The translations under genes and the position numbers were made by a program. A DNA stretch of 64,000 nucleotides, taken from contig JBMYOQ010000016.1 of the NCBI GenBank assembly GCA_049599475.1, positions 1-64,000 of the forward strand, read 5' to 3'. This document shows positions 31,121 through 42,001 of the stretch, in pieces. Under the pieces are notes generated by a model that was given only the letters and a program-made list of their open reading frames with translations, had not been told where the DNA came from and did no database searches. The first letter of the stretch is position 1, and every line of letters begins with the position of its first letter. The DNA is from Opitutales bacterium. GTDB taxonomy: Bacteria > Verrucomicrobiota > Verrucomicrobiia > Opitutales > JABSRG01.

Positions 31121-31192
31121 GGGTTGTTACGAGTGTTAATTTCCTATTAACCTTGCCCCGACGCGCAAATGATTATGTAATATCATCTGTAA

Positions 31193-31564
<372 letters not shown>

Positions 31565-31592
31565 TCCCGAGATAACATTACGAAAACCATTC

Positions 31593-31623
31593 AGCCGGTC
31601 CAATTAATTGGGTCGGCTTTTTT
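31593..31623 (+). terminator. Intrinsic terminator after glnB
   Basis: AGCCGGTCCAAT-TA-ATTGGGTCGGCT followed by a T-run. Confidence 0.8.
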
Positions 31624-31654
31624 ATGTACCCCTGCATCGGGTGGCGACAAATCC

Positions 31655-32929
31655 TTGCTCAAGAGGATTTTATATAATATCCACCGAGCCCTAGTGGAGC
31701 ACGCACGCGGATATATCGATGTCTCTCATACATCACATACAACGAGCAATACTGGGATTCAACGGGTCACCCGCAGTATGGCACGATCGATCCAGGCGCA
31801 GGTAAAATCCACTTCCAACGTTACATTCGATCCGTTTCTAGATGCCTGGAGGCTCTTAAACAAAAAGGAGCTACAATGCCTTTTTCCGGTAAACCAATTT
31901 CGCCCAGGCTCGCGGCGTCGACCTCGATGGACTACGCGTCAGCGACTTTTGGGCGTATCCCAAAGACAGCTCATCGGTAACAGGCGAAACTTCCTCAAAG
32001 GCAGCAATCCTTTCGACTTCATGATTTTCCCAGAAATTATTGGAGCTGAAATCAGCAAGCAATTCTCAGAGATACAGTCCAGTGACGGGGGCAAAGGTAT
32101 CAGGATCGGAGTCTTTCACGATGCTATTGCATGGAAATTCCCAGAGTGGTCAGCCCGAAAGACAGTCGATCACTACCCTGAGTATATGCGCTCCCTGGCA
32201 CTCCTCGATGGCATTGCCTCAGTCAGTGAAGCTTCACGGCAGGACCTGATCGAATATTGGGATCACATCCAATTACCCGAATCATCCAGACCACCCATAA
32301 AATCGATCTACCTTGGCTCGGCGGATACTCCGGAACCGGGTCCTGTACGCGAAATGCGGGAGACCCCGATCATTCTATGCGTGGCTACCCTAGAGGCTCG
32401 GAAAAACCACCTAAGCCTCCTTTCGGCGGCAGCTCACCTATGGCACCAGGGGTATAATTTCAAACTAGAGCTGATCGGAGGACACAACCGCGAGACCGGA
32501 ATTGAGGCGGTAGCGAGCGTGGAGCGGCTTCAAGAATCCAATTTCCCTGTTACCTGGCACGGAGCTACCTCCGATGCAGATGTGGAGTCCGCCTATGAAC
32601 GCGCAGATTTCGTCGTCTACCCGTCGCTCTACGAAGGGTTTGGGTTACCCGTGATCGAAGCCCTTAAATGGGGAAAACCGATATTGACGACCCATTGCGG
32701 ATCGCTGAAGGAAGTCGTAAGAGGTGGCGGTTGCCATGTCATTGAAGACACTTCGGGAGCCTCAATTGCAGCCGGCATTACCCAAATTCTCGAAAATCCG
32801 GAGTATTTTAAGCAGCTTCAAATCGAAGCCCGCGAGCGCACTCATCGCAACTGGGATGATTACGCCAAAGATATCCTAGGATTCATCGAAGACCTCAGCA
32901 TACAAAAAGCCGAGGTCTCCAAAATATAA
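31655..32929 (+). CDS. Glycosyltransferase family 4 (polysaccharide biosynthesis type)
   Basis: TGIQRV, HDAI, TLEARKNH, YPSLYEGFGLPVIEAL. Confidence 0.9.
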   Translation: MLKRILYNIHRALVEHARGYIDVSHTSHTTSNTGIQRVTRSMARSIQAQVKSTSNVTFDPFLDAWRLLNKKELQCLFPVNQFRPGSRRRPRWTTRQRLLGVSQRQLIGNRRNFLKGSNPFDFMIFPEIIGAEISKQFSEIQSSDGGKGIRIGVFHDAIAWKFPEWSARKTVDHYPEYMRSLALLDGIASVSEASRQDLIEYWDHIQLPESSRPPIKSIYLGSADTPEPGPVREMRETPIILCVATLEARKNHLSLLSAAAHLWHQGYNFKLELIGGHNRETGIEAVASVERLQESNFPVTWHGATSDADVESAYERADFVVYPSLYEGFGLPVIEALKWGKPILTTHCGSLKEVVRGGGCHVIEDTSGASIAAGITQILENPEYFKQLQIEARERTHRNWDDYAKDILGFIEDLSIQKAEVSKI

Positions 32930-32932
32930 GAA

Positions 32933-33523
32933 CTAAATCTTATCGATGATCTTGTCTGCGAGGCCATACTCGATGGCTTCCTTCGCGTTCAGGTAAAAGT
33001 CCCGATCAGTATCTTGCTCGATTTTCTCAAGGGGTTGTCCTGAAGAATCGGCCAAAATCTTATTCAATTCCGCACGCAACTTCTCCATCTCCTGCGCCTG
33101 AATATGAATGTCCGAGGCAGCGGCGACCATGCGGCCTCCAATGAGCGGCTGGTGGATCAATACACGTGAACTCGGGTATAGAAAACGACTACCCTTTTCG
33201 GCACCGCACAGGAGAATAGATCCCATTGAGGCCGCCATTCCGGTAACCACTACGGTAACGGGCGATGAAATGAGCTTCATCGTATCATAACAAGCCATGC
33301 CTGCCGTGATCGATCCACCGGGTGAATTGATGTAAAAAGTAATGGGCTCTCCCGGTGCATCTGTTTCGAAGTAAAGCAAACGCTCGGTGCAATCGCGCAT
33401 CGTCTTATCGCTGACTTCGCCCCAGAGAAAGAGTTTTCGCTGTTCCAAAAACTTCTTCTGAATGATGAATGGGAAGCCTTCTTCGTTCTTCTTGCTTTCT
33501 TCGGATGATTCTTCTTCTGGCAT
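32933..33523 (-). CDS. clpP: ATP-dependent Clp protease proteolytic subunit
   Basis: YINSPGG, AASMG (Ser), IHQP (His), DRDFY (Asp); start placed at MPEEES. Confidence 0.95.
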   Translation of the reverse strand: MPEEESSEESKKNEEGFPFIIQKKFLEQRKLFLWGEVSDKTMRDCTERLLYFETDAPGEPITFYINSPGGSITAGMACYDTMKLISSPVTVVVTGMAASMGSILLCGAEKGSRFLYPSSRVLIHQPLIGGRMVAAASDIHIQAQEMEKLRAELNKILADSSGQPLEKIEQDTDRDFYLNAKEAIEYGLADKIIDKI

Positions 33524-33593
33524 GTTATTTAAAAAATGAGCTATCGGGAAATTTGCAAACCCCACTTGTTAAGCGGGCATCCAGCGAATTTCT

Positions 33594-34037
33594 TTAGATT
33601 TCTAGCTGGTTAATACGGCGCTCATGACGCCCGCCTTCAAATTCGGTCGCGAGCCACTTTTCTACAATCGCAATTCCAGTTTCGTTATCCACGACTCGAC
33701 CACCAAGAGCGATCACATTGGCATTGTTGTGAGCCTTTGTCATCTCTGCCGACCACAAATCCCAGCACAGGCCGCAGCGAATGCCCTTTACTTTATTCGC
33801 CTGGATCGCCTCGCCGTTTCCGCTTCCTCCGAAAACGATGCCACAATCGCTCTCTCCACTGGCTACAGATTCTGCAGCCGGGCGAACAAATTTTGGATAG
33901 TCAGTCGACTCCAAAGAATCTGTCCCGAAGTCATTAACGGTATACCCTTTCTCGATCAGCCAAGCTTTGATGGCTTCTTTCAATTCGAAACCAGCGTGAT
34001 CCGAACCCAAGGAAATTTTCAGCGAAGTATCTGCCAT
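33594..34037 (-). CDS. rpiB: Ribose-5-phosphate isomerase B
   Basis: GSDHAG, DYP, GSGNGE, ANKVKGIR, HNNAN, FEGGRHERR. Confidence 0.95.
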   Translation of the reverse strand: MADTSLKISLGSDHAGFELKEAIKAWLIEKGYTVNDFGTDSLESTDYPKFVRPAAESVASGESDCGIVFGGSGNGEAIQANKVKGIRCGLCWDLWSAEMTKAHNNANVIALGGRVVDNETGIAIVEKWLATEFEGGRHERRINQLEI

Positions 34038-34180
34038 AGCCGAGCGACACTGATTGAGTGTCGCTCGGCTGAAAAGACAAAAACCCAAGAATCCGAGCTA
34101 TACACTATTTCTCAAAAGCCTTTTCGTAAACCTGGGAGGGACATTGCCCTCAATGGCGCTGCGTTCAGGATGATGTCATC

Positions 34181-34504
34181 GGTAGCGGCCCTCCGAGCGG
34201 CCGAATGCGGCGTATCAGCCGGGCGAAATCGCTGTATTCAACCGCTCGGAGATCGGTTGCTACCCCATCTCTTCTCTAAAGGCCGCGCCATTACCTCGCC
34301 CTCAATGTCCGCCACGATTGACTCTATTGATGCTAAGGACAGCGAACGTAGGCCTGCCGGAGATGGCGAAGCAATGACGCTGCCTTCAGGATAGATTAGG
34401 ATAAAAATCATGACGAGAAGGTAGGGCGCGGTCCTCACGCAGCCGCCTCTGCTGCTCGGAATTCGGCTTAAATACGGTGGCTGCCTCGGAGATGTAGCTC
34501 TACC
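34181..34504. repeat. Cluster of two REP-like inverted doublets (GTAG family)
   Basis: Pairs 34181-34203/34239-34264 and 34420-34447/34476-34504; each unit starts GGTAG and three of the four carry a CTCCGAG loop (34420-34447 is degenerate). Confidence 0.65.
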
Positions 34505-34605
34505 TTCAAGCGGCCATCTAATTCTCAATACCATCCCTTTGTTAAACCATATTTAGCACTAAGGACAGAGTCCTTCCCGACAATCTCGGAAGACAATTTC
34601 AGAGC

Positions 34606-34848
34606 CTATCCTCGGCTAAATGCACCTGCATCCGGATAACCGTAGCGGTCCATTGGACCATCATAACAGGCCGCATCCAGGACAGACCACAAATGAATCA
34701 GCCATCCCAAGAGGAAGACCCACATGACGGGTGTGAGGACACACATGACTAAAGCCTTAAACCAGCGACCTTGTACGAGTTGACCCAGACCCGGGATAAA
34801 GAAACTGCACACGGCAGAGATTACGTTTCCAGTTGTTCCATTATTCAT
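34606..34848 (-). CDS. Small hypothetical membrane protein
   Basis: 80 aa with an 'SFFIPGLGQL..GR' motif and two hydrophobic segments; GGAGG RBS upstream. Confidence 0.7.
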   Translation of the reverse strand: MNNGTTGNVISAVCSFFIPGLGQLVQGRWFKALVMCVLTPVMWVFLLGWLIHLWSVLDAACYDGPMDRYGYPDAGAFSRG

Positions 34849-35098
34849 GCCTCCCCTTATTGCGTTTTCGTTGCCAACATTTCCGAAAGATTCGCAAGGA
34901 TCTGTCTATCAACATCTTATAAAATAAGATTTTTATACATAAAATCTTCCTGGTATTTTTCACCAAATAAGGCGGTGCAAAAAACCGTAAAAGAATGCCA
35001 TTTCATACACCTTTCATACAAGTCATTTGACAGCAGAGAGAGCAGGCTCGTGATTAAGTATGGCCCCACGCTCACCTCCCTATTCTCGCTTCCTCAAA

Positions 35099-37135
35099 AT
35101 GCAAAACGCTGACTCCAAACCAGTTACACATTCATGGTCCCTGCCAAAAGAAGTCGCGTCCGCCGCCTCCAGAGGCATCTGGTGCCTATGGGTCTACCAA
35201 ACCGAGAAGCGCCCCTACCAACTCCACGTTGCCGATTCGGAAAAATGGGTTGAACAAGGCCTACCCGACATCGCCGGGCGCAGCCCCGAAGACTCCGCAC
35301 AGATCCTACTCGCACACCTTCCCGAGAAAACCCAGTCCGAGATCGTCGATACACTCGAAATGACGGACGAAGGGGAAACCCGCGTATCCAACATTTCACT
35401 GCGCATCGAGGCAACAGCCTACGATCTCAAAATAATCAAGCGCTCAGGCTCAACATACCTCTATTTTCGACGCAACCAACAGACTTCGCCCATCCACCAG
35501 AAGTCATGGGACGAGATCGAAGACGCCTACCATTTCTTTCACGGGCTCTTCAACCAGTCTCCCAACGTAATTTTCTTAGAGGATTGGTCCCGCCTCAAGG
35601 AGCGTATCGACACTGTAGCCAAGTCGGGTGTTACCAATTTTAAATCGTGGGCAAATGGACTGAGCGATCAAGAGATCCTAAAACTCTTTGAACTCGTCGA
35701 CATCCTCGATGTGTCCCAGACCGCGACGGAGATGTATAAAGCCGAAAGCAAACAGACGGTCATCGAGAATCTGGACAAGATCCTCGAGCTGTCAGACCTG
35801 CAAAAGCTCCGGAATGAAATCGGTGCAATCGCTTCGGGCGATAAACTGTTTAAAGACGATTTCATCTTTAAAGACCTCGAGGGAAACCAAATCCACGGCG
35901 ATGTTTCGGTATGCGTCGTCGAAGGCTACGAAGACACATGGAAGTATGTCATCGCCTCCGTTTCTGAAGTGACAGACCGCATCGAGGGCGCCGAGGAGCT
36001 CAAACGCATTGCACGCACCTTCCAAGAAAGCACCGACCTATTCCGCGGCACCCTCAACCACGTGCAGACACCGATCAGCCTTTCAGACGAAGCAGGGATC
36101 ATCATTGAGGCCAATCAATCCTACTGCGATTTCTACGGACAGGTGCGGGATAAAATCGTCGGCACCCAATTTTTGAGCCATGCCGCCCCCCTGCTTACCG
36201 AGGCCGATCGCGAGCGCAAAATGGAGCAATATTCCCAGTTTGTAAGAATCGGGAAATCTGAAGAGTTCGAAGAGACAGTGCTCACTCACAAGGGATGGCG
36301 CACCATCGATGTCGTTCGAGGCCTCTACACTCGACCCGACAATCAGCGATGGGTCGTCACCAGTTTTTTCGATATTACCCAGCTCAAGTCTGCTGAGGAG
36401 CAAAGCCGCAAACTCCTCCAGGATGAACGCAAACTTTCTGAGCTGCGCAGCCGATTCATTTCAATGGTATCTCATGAATTTCGGACGCCTCTGACTTCTG
36501 CCAAGATGTCCAGCAGCGTTCTGATAAAATACATGGATCGCCTCTCCGAGGAAATGACCGTGAAGCACAGCGAAATCATCGCCCGTGCGATCCGACGACT
36601 CGAGGACATGATCGACGGCGTCTTAGTGATCAGCGAGGCCGGAGCCGGTAAACTTGCCGCCAAGGCCAAAGAAATTCCACTGGGAGAATACCTGGGCAAT
36701 CACATAAAAGAGTGGCACACCGCACACCCAGACATCGCGTTTCACACCGAGTTTGCGCCAAACTCACAGGACACTATTTTTGCCGACGAACGCCTCCTCT
36801 ACCTGGCCATCAACAACCTGGTCTCAAACGCAGTCAAATACGCCAGCAAGGCCGATCCCGCGGTCCGCATCACCCTCAAGAATACTGAGCAATCAGGCGT
36901 GCTCGTCACCATAGCGGACAATGGCATTGGCATTCCCCCAGAAGACCAAAACGAAGTATTTCAATCGTACTATCGAGCAAGCAACGTAGGCAAAATCTCC
37001 GGCACCGGGCTTGGCCTGGTTGTGGTCGAGAATTCTCTGAAGGCCCTCGGAGCCAGTATTTCCCTTAAATCGGAAGAAGGTAAAGGTACGACCTTCCTGA
37101 TCGACTTTCCTATGACTACGAAAGACAGCGCTTAA
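35099..37135 (+). CDS. Cytoplasmic PAS-domain sensor histidine kinase
   Basis: PAS-like segments, SRFISMVSHEFRTPL, NLVSNAVKY, DNGIGIP, GTGLGL; start 35099 or 35060. Confidence 0.9.
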   Translation: MQNADSKPVTHSWSLPKEVASAASRGIWCLWVYQTEKRPYQLHVADSEKWVEQGLPDIAGRSPEDSAQILLAHLPEKTQSEIVDTLEMTDEGETRVSNISLRIEATAYDLKIIKRSGSTYLYFRRNQQTSPIHQKSWDEIEDAYHFFHGLFNQSPNVIFLEDWSRLKERIDTVAKSGVTNFKSWANGLSDQEILKLFELVDILDVSQTATEMYKAESKQTVIENLDKILELSDLQKLRNEIGAIASGDKLFKDDFIFKDLEGNQIHGDVSVCVVEGYEDTWKYVIASVSEVTDRIEGAEELKRIARTFQESTDLFRGTLNHVQTPISLSDEAGIIIEANQSYCDFYGQVRDKIVGTQFLSHAAPLLTEADRERKMEQYSQFVRIGKSEEFEETVLTHKGWRTIDVVRGLYTRPDNQRWVVTSFFDITQLKSAEEQSRKLLQDERKLSELRSRFISMVSHEFRTPLTSAKMSSSVLIKYMDRLSEEMTVKHSEIIARAIRRLEDMIDGVLVISEAGAGKLAAKAKEIPLGEYLGNHIKEWHTAHPDIAFHTEFAPNSQDTIFADERLLYLAINNLVSNAVKYASKADPAVRITLKNTEQSGVLVTIADNGIGIPPEDQNEVFQSYYRASNVGKISGTGLGLVVVENSLKALGASISLKSEEGKGTTFLIDFPMTTKDSA

Positions 37136-38235
37136 TGGCTCAAGCTCCAGGAAGTTTCACTATACTCGTCATCGAGGACGATCCCGGCATTCGCGAAAAT
37201 CTCAGCGATGTACTCATTCTCGAGGGGTACCGCGTGTCCTCAGCAGAGAACGGAATCGACGGATGTGCCCTGGCCCAATCAATCGTGCCCGACCTCATCA
37301 TCTGCGACGTAATGATGCCTGAGCTCGATGGCTACGGCGTACTGCAGAAGTTGCGAGAAAACGAGGAAACAGACGCCATTCCCTTCATTTTTCTATCGGC
37401 GAAAACCGAGCGCGCCGACATGCGATCAGGCCTCGGACTCGGCGCAGATGACTACCTGACGAAGCCCGTAGACATCGACGAGCTCCTCGCATCCGTCCAG
37501 CTCCGAATCAACCGAGCTGCCGTTCAGCGCCGCCAAGCTGAGAAACAACAAGTCGAACAATGGGGTTCCCTCCCACACGAGATCAACACCCCCCTCAACG
37601 GGATTATTAGCTCCGCAGAACTCTACCTGAGCATGATTCGCGCAGGTGAAAATTTTAATAATAACGAGCTCGCCGACGTATTCGAAATCATTCTCGACTC
37701 CGGTTACCGCCTGCACCGATTTACTGAGAAATACATCCGGTATTTCGAGCTCGTGCAACAGACCAAATCGCCCAATACCCGAGTGGAGCCCGAGCCTCTT
37801 TCGATCTCACCCTTGATTCAGGAAGCGACCCGAGACCTCACCCATCAATTTGGCCGCGAAGAAGACCTCTACCTAGATTTACAGGAAGATGCCGTCGTCG
37901 GCCTGCGATTCTGGATCTTCCAATCTATCAACAATCTCATCGAGAACGCTTACAAATTCTCTGAACAAGGCACGCAAGTGGCCATCATCGGCAAGGTGGA
38001 TCGAGATCGCTACTGCATCCGAATCGTCGATCACGGGCGGGGCATGACTAGCGAGCAAATTTCAGAAATTGGACCATTCAAACAGTTTGAGCGCGACAAA
38101 TTCGAACAACAGGGCTTTGGTCTCGGTCTCTTCAATGCGCGAGAAGGTATTTTTCTTTCTGGAGGAACATTTGAGGCGTTCCCGGTGACCCCTCAAGGGC
38201 TTCGCATCGAAATCTCCCTACCGCGCGCAGATTAA
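37135..38235 (+). CDS. Hybrid response regulator-histidine kinase (REC-HisKA-HATPase)
   Basis: ILVIEDD, CDVMMPELDG, SLPHEINTPLNGI, NLIENAYKF, DHGRG, QQGFGLGL; TAATG overlap with the upstream kinase. Confidence 0.9.
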   Translation: MAQAPGSFTILVIEDDPGIRENLSDVLILEGYRVSSAENGIDGCALAQSIVPDLIICDVMMPELDGYGVLQKLRENEETDAIPFIFLSAKTERADMRSGLGLGADDYLTKPVDIDELLASVQLRINRAAVQRRQAEKQQVEQWGSLPHEINTPLNGIISSAELYLSMIRAGENFNNNELADVFEIILDSGYRLHRFTEKYIRYFELVQQTKSPNTRVEPEPLSISPLIQEATRDLTHQFGREEDLYLDLQEDAVVGLRFWIFQSINNLIENAYKFSEQGTQVAIIGKVDRDRYCIRIVDHGRGMTSEQISEIGPFKQFERDKFEQQGFGLGLFNAREGIFLSGGTFEAFPVTPQGLRIEISLPRAD

Positions 38236-38255
38236 GAACCACACAGTCCCTCTCC

Positions 38256-38861
38256 ATGGAAATTACGCTTGCTGAGCTTCCCCCAGCAAAACGATACGGC
38301 ATCCTCGCCTCCCTGATTGTCCCACGTCCAATCGCTCTGATATCGACGATATCGAAGGACGGCGTGCACAACGCAGCACCCTTTTCTTTCTTCAATGTCT
38401 TCGGCAGCAAACCTCCAATTGTTGCGGTAGCTCCAGGCGACAAGGCACCCGGCATTCCCAAAGACACCGCACGCAACATCCGCGATAACGGCGAATTTGT
38501 GGTAAACATGGTAGACCCCGCAATCGCCCAAGGAATGAACCTCTCTGCAGCCAGCCTACCTCCAGAGACGAGCGAATTTGCAAGCGCGGGATTCATCGCA
38601 ACCACTTCCACCCAAATTCAAGCTCCCCGCATCGCGGAGGCACCTGTCTCTTTCGAGTGCCGCGAGCACACGACCCTCCACATCGGCTCAAACCGCCTTG
38701 TCATCGGGGAAGTCCTCGTGGCGCATGTTCGCGATGGGATTTTGGATCCAGAGACGTACCGACGAATCCAAGACGGGGACTATTCACCGATCGGACGCAT
38801 GCATAGCCCCGACTGGTACTGCGAAACGAATTCCCTGTTTTCCATGCCTCGGCCAGACTAA
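38256..38861 (+). CDS. Flavin reductase-like FMN-binding protein
   Basis: IVPRPIALIST, NAAPFSFFN, KDTARNI...GEFVVN. Confidence 0.88.
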   Translation: MEITLAELPPAKRYGILASLIVPRPIALISTISKDGVHNAAPFSFFNVFGSKPPIVAVAPGDKAPGIPKDTARNIRDNGEFVVNMVDPAIAQGMNLSAASLPPETSEFASAGFIATTSTQIQAPRIAEAPVSFECREHTTLHIGSNRLVIGEVLVAHVRDGILDPETYRRIQDGDYSPIGRMHSPDWYCETNSLFSMPRPD

Positions 38862-38946
38862 TACTTCAATCAGTAACGCTGTTTTTACGACAATTTCGCA
38901 CCCGAACACTTGCACCAGGGGGCCATATTTCGCAACTTTCTCTTAA

Positions 38947-40446
38947 ATGTATCTCTTGCCTCGAGTTCTCATCGGTTTAACAGTCGTCATCTCCAGCCTT
39001 TTCGCCCGCGAGGTAGATGAACTCAAGGAGAACACAGATCCCGAGACCCCGGAGCAGGTAGTTGAAATCAACGAGCCGGATATCATCGAGGGCCCTCTCG
39101 ACACCTACATCATCCCCATTGATCGGCAGATCGACAACGCTACTGAGGCGATCGTTCTCCGCGCACTCGAAGCGGCTGAGCTCAATGAAATCGACCTGAT
39201 TGTCCTCGACATGGACACTCCCGGCGGCCGCCTGGACAGCACCCTCAACATCATGGAAGCCCTCGATAATTTCGAAGGCACCACTATCACTTTCGTCCGT
39301 TCAGACGCCCTTTCCGCAGGAGCCTACATTGCAGCATCCACCGATGAAATCTATATGGCGCCCAAAAGCATCATCGGTGCGGCCGCGGTTATCGCCGGAG
39401 GCGGCGAAGACATTCCTGAGACGGCCAAACAAAAGATCGACAGTGTGCTCAAGGCGAAAGTACGCACACTCGACCGCGATTACCGCTACCGCGCAGATGC
39501 CATTCGTGCGATGATGGATAGCGAATTCGAATTTAAAATTGGCAACAAGCTCATCAAAGAAAAGGGCGAGCTGCTGAGCCTGACCGACGAGGAAGCCTAC
39601 GAGAAATACGGCAACCCTCCTGAATCGATGCTATCCCTTGGCACTTACGAAGAAGTAGACGCATTACTCGAATCACGATTCGGCCCTGAAGGCACGATCG
39701 ACCGCGAATTCGTGCTCACATGGTCTGAGGAATTGGCCTTTGTCTTAAACAGTATCACACCCGTGGTCCTTTCAATTGGCTTTCTCCTGATCTTCGTGGA
39801 ATTCAAGACCCCCGGCTTCGGACTTTTCGGAACGCTAGGCATCTCCATATTAATCTTCGTCTTCATAAGCCAGTTCGTAGCAGGCTTCGCGGGCCACGAG
39901 CCCCTCATCCTATTCATCATAGGAATAGCCTTAATCCTCGTTGAGGTAATCCTAGTCCCCGGAACGTTTGTATCCGGCATTCTAGGATTCACCCTAATGG
40001 CGGGCTCACTCGTCTGGGTGCTCATCGGAGAATTGCCTTCACAGGACTTCCAGTGGAATGCCGAACTCTTCGAAGACCCTGTTTCCGATATCCTCTTAGG
40101 CTTGTTGATAGCGATCACCACATTTTTAGTGCTCCTGCGCTTCCTGCCTCAAAGCTGGTTCTGGAACCGTATCGTTTTGGCCAGTTCGGTAGCCTCCGGA
40201 CCCACTCCCCAAACCGCCAAAGAGGTCGGCGAAGTAATCGGAAAAGTAAAGGAGCGCCCCGTAATCGGGACACAGGGTATAGCCGCCACCGATATGTTTC
40301 CCTCGGGAAGCGTGGAAATTGACGGTAAACGCTTTGAGGCTCAAGCAGCCCGCGGATCCATAAAACGTGGAGAAGACATAGTTGTAAGCGGTTATGCTAG
40401 TTATAGTTTGATCGTTAAGAGTTTATCAACAGAGGACGCATCATGA
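38947..40446 (+). CDS. Long-form NfeD (ClpP-class protease domain + TM + OB fold; YqeZ-like)
   Basis: DMDTPGG, ALSAGAYIA, EFKTPGFG, C-terminal 'G.A.TD..PSG.V.IDG' OB fold. Confidence 0.88.
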   Translation: MYLLPRVLIGLTVVISSLFAREVDELKENTDPETPEQVVEINEPDIIEGPLDTYIIPIDRQIDNATEAIVLRALEAAELNEIDLIVLDMDTPGGRLDSTLNIMEALDNFEGTTITFVRSDALSAGAYIAASTDEIYMAPKSIIGAAAVIAGGGEDIPETAKQKIDSVLKAKVRTLDRDYRYRADAIRAMMDSEFEFKIGNKLIKEKGELLSLTDEEAYEKYGNPPESMLSLGTYEEVDALLESRFGPEGTIDREFVLTWSEELAFVLNSITPVVLSIGFLLIFVEFKTPGFGLFGTLGISILIFVFISQFVAGFAGHEPLILFIIGIALILVEVILVPGTFVSGILGFTLMAGSLVWVLIGELPSQDFQWNAELFEDPVSDILLGLLIAITTFLVLLRFLPQSWFWNRIVLASSVASGPTPQTAKEVGEVIGKVKERPVIGTQGIAATDMFPSGSVEIDGKRFEAQAARGSIKRGEDIVVSGYASYSLIVKSLSTEDAS

Positions 40447-40910
40447 CGCTCATCCTTATTTTATTGGTCTTAGGTTTTATTCTCGTAGGCGCTGAAGTGC
40501 TACTGCCAGGAGGTATTCTCGGCCTAATAGCGCTCATCGTGTTCGTAATCGCAACCGTCGTCGCAACGAATACCTACGGAGGCACAGGAGGCTTGATAAC
40601 GTTCGCAGCCTCAGCGCTCGGCTCAGCCATCACCTTTTTTAGCATTTTTAAATGGGTCGCGATCTCTCCCAGCGGGGGAGGCCTCCGCCTAGATGCAGCC
40701 ATCAACGGGAATTCCTCGAGCCAATCCCTGGATCCGGCTCTCGTGGGACAAACCGGTGTTACCGCGACTAAAATGGCACCCAACGGCCTCGTCTCCGTGG
40801 GCGACCAAGATCTCCAGGCACACTCAGAGGACGGATTCCTAGATATTGGCACCGCAGTTACTATCCACGGCATACGCCACGGAAATATCGTCGTCCGCAA
40901 AACAGTTTAA
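40443..40910 (+). CDS. Short NfeD-family protein
   Basis: [13 protein letters not shown] region plus 'LVGQTGV...P.G.V' OB fold; ATGA overlap. Confidence 0.85.
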   Translation: MTLILILLVLGFILVGAEVLLPGGILGLIALIVFVIATVVATNTYGGTGGLITFAASALGSAITFFSIFKWVAISPSGGGLRLDAAINGNSSSQSLDPALVGQTGVTATKMAPNGLVSVGDQDLQAHSEDGFLDIGTAVTIHGIRHGNIVVRKTV

Positions 40911-40941
40911 TTTCAACCACTCAATAAACCCGATTCGTAAA

Positions 40942-41982
40942 ATGATCTCTGATCCCATTCTAGCCGTTAATACCACCCTCGTCATCGGGGTCGTGATTAT
41001 CATCGTAGTTATCGTTCTTTCGATGGTGCTATGGTCCTTCATTGGCGCATTCATCAAAGCAGCCTTAGCCGGAGCTCCGGTGGGTCTCCACACGCTCGTC
41101 GCAATGCGTCTTCGCGGTGTGCCACACTCGCTCATCGTCGACGCTCGCATCACCGCGGTGAAAGCAGGCATCACTTTAGGCACTGACGACATCGAAGCGC
41201 ACTACCTCGCAGAAGGTAATGTCATCCAGACCGTCCAAGCCCTGATCGCTGCTGAGAAAGCGAACATCACACTCGATTGGGCCCACGCCTGCGCGATCGA
41301 CCTCGCCACACGCGGCACCGACAAAAGCGTTATTGAAGCGGTTAAGACATCTATTAACCCCAAGGTCATTGACTGTCCCGGAGGCGTCGGCGGACGCACA
41401 TCCATCGATGGTGTCTCAAAAGACGGTATCCAAGTAAAAGTCCGTGCCCGTGTAACAGTCCGCTCAAACCTCGACAAATACGTCGGCTCCGCTCTCGAAG
41501 AAACAATCATCGCGCGTGTTGGTGAGGGTATCGTCACTACCATCGGTTCTGCCGAGACCTACAAAGATGTATTGGAAAGCCCCGACAACATTTCCCGCAA
41601 CGTGCTCGATCGCGGTCTGGACGTGGGCACCGCATTCGAAATCCTTTCCATCGACATTGCAGATGTAGACGTCGGTGAAAACATCGGTGCTCAGCTCCAG
41701 GAATCGCAGGCAGAAGCCAACAAAAACATGGCTCAAGCCCAGGCCGAAATTCGCCGTGCAGCCGCGGTAGCCCTCGAGCAAGAGATGAAGGCGAAGGTCG
41801 AAGAGATGCGCGCAAAGCTCGTCGAAGCCGAGGCCAACGTACCACAGGCGGTCGCCGAAGCCCTCCGCACTGGAAACATTGGCGTGATGGATTTCTACCG
41901 CATGGACAACATCAAGTCCGATACCGAGATGCGTTCTAGCATTTCCAAGGACGATGATGAAGAAGACGAAACTACACGCTAA
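40942..41982 (+). CDS. floA: Flotillin-like protein FloA (YqfA/UPF0365)
   Basis: [62 protein letters not shown]. Confidence 0.93.
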   Translation: MISDPILAVNTTLVIGVVIIIVVIVLSMVLWSFIGAFIKAALAGAPVGLHTLVAMRLRGVPHSLIVDARITAVKAGITLGTDDIEAHYLAEGNVIQTVQALIAAEKANITLDWAHACAIDLATRGTDKSVIEAVKTSINPKVIDCPGGVGGRTSIDGVSKDGIQVKVRARVTVRSNLDKYVGSALEETIIARVGEGIVTTIGSAETYKDVLESPDNISRNVLDRGLDVGTAFEILSIDIADVDVGENIGAQLQESQAEANKNMAQAQAEIRRAAAVALEQEMKAKVEEMRAKLVEAEANVPQAVAEALRTGNIGVMDFYRMDNIKSDTEMRSSISKDDDEEDETTR

Positions 41983-42001
41983 TCTTCACCTGATCCATTA
42001 A

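Noticed and set aside
33624..34534. ORFs 33624-34394 (+) and 34238-34534 (-)
   Set aside because: Antisense to rpiB and/or read through the REP cluster; not protein-like
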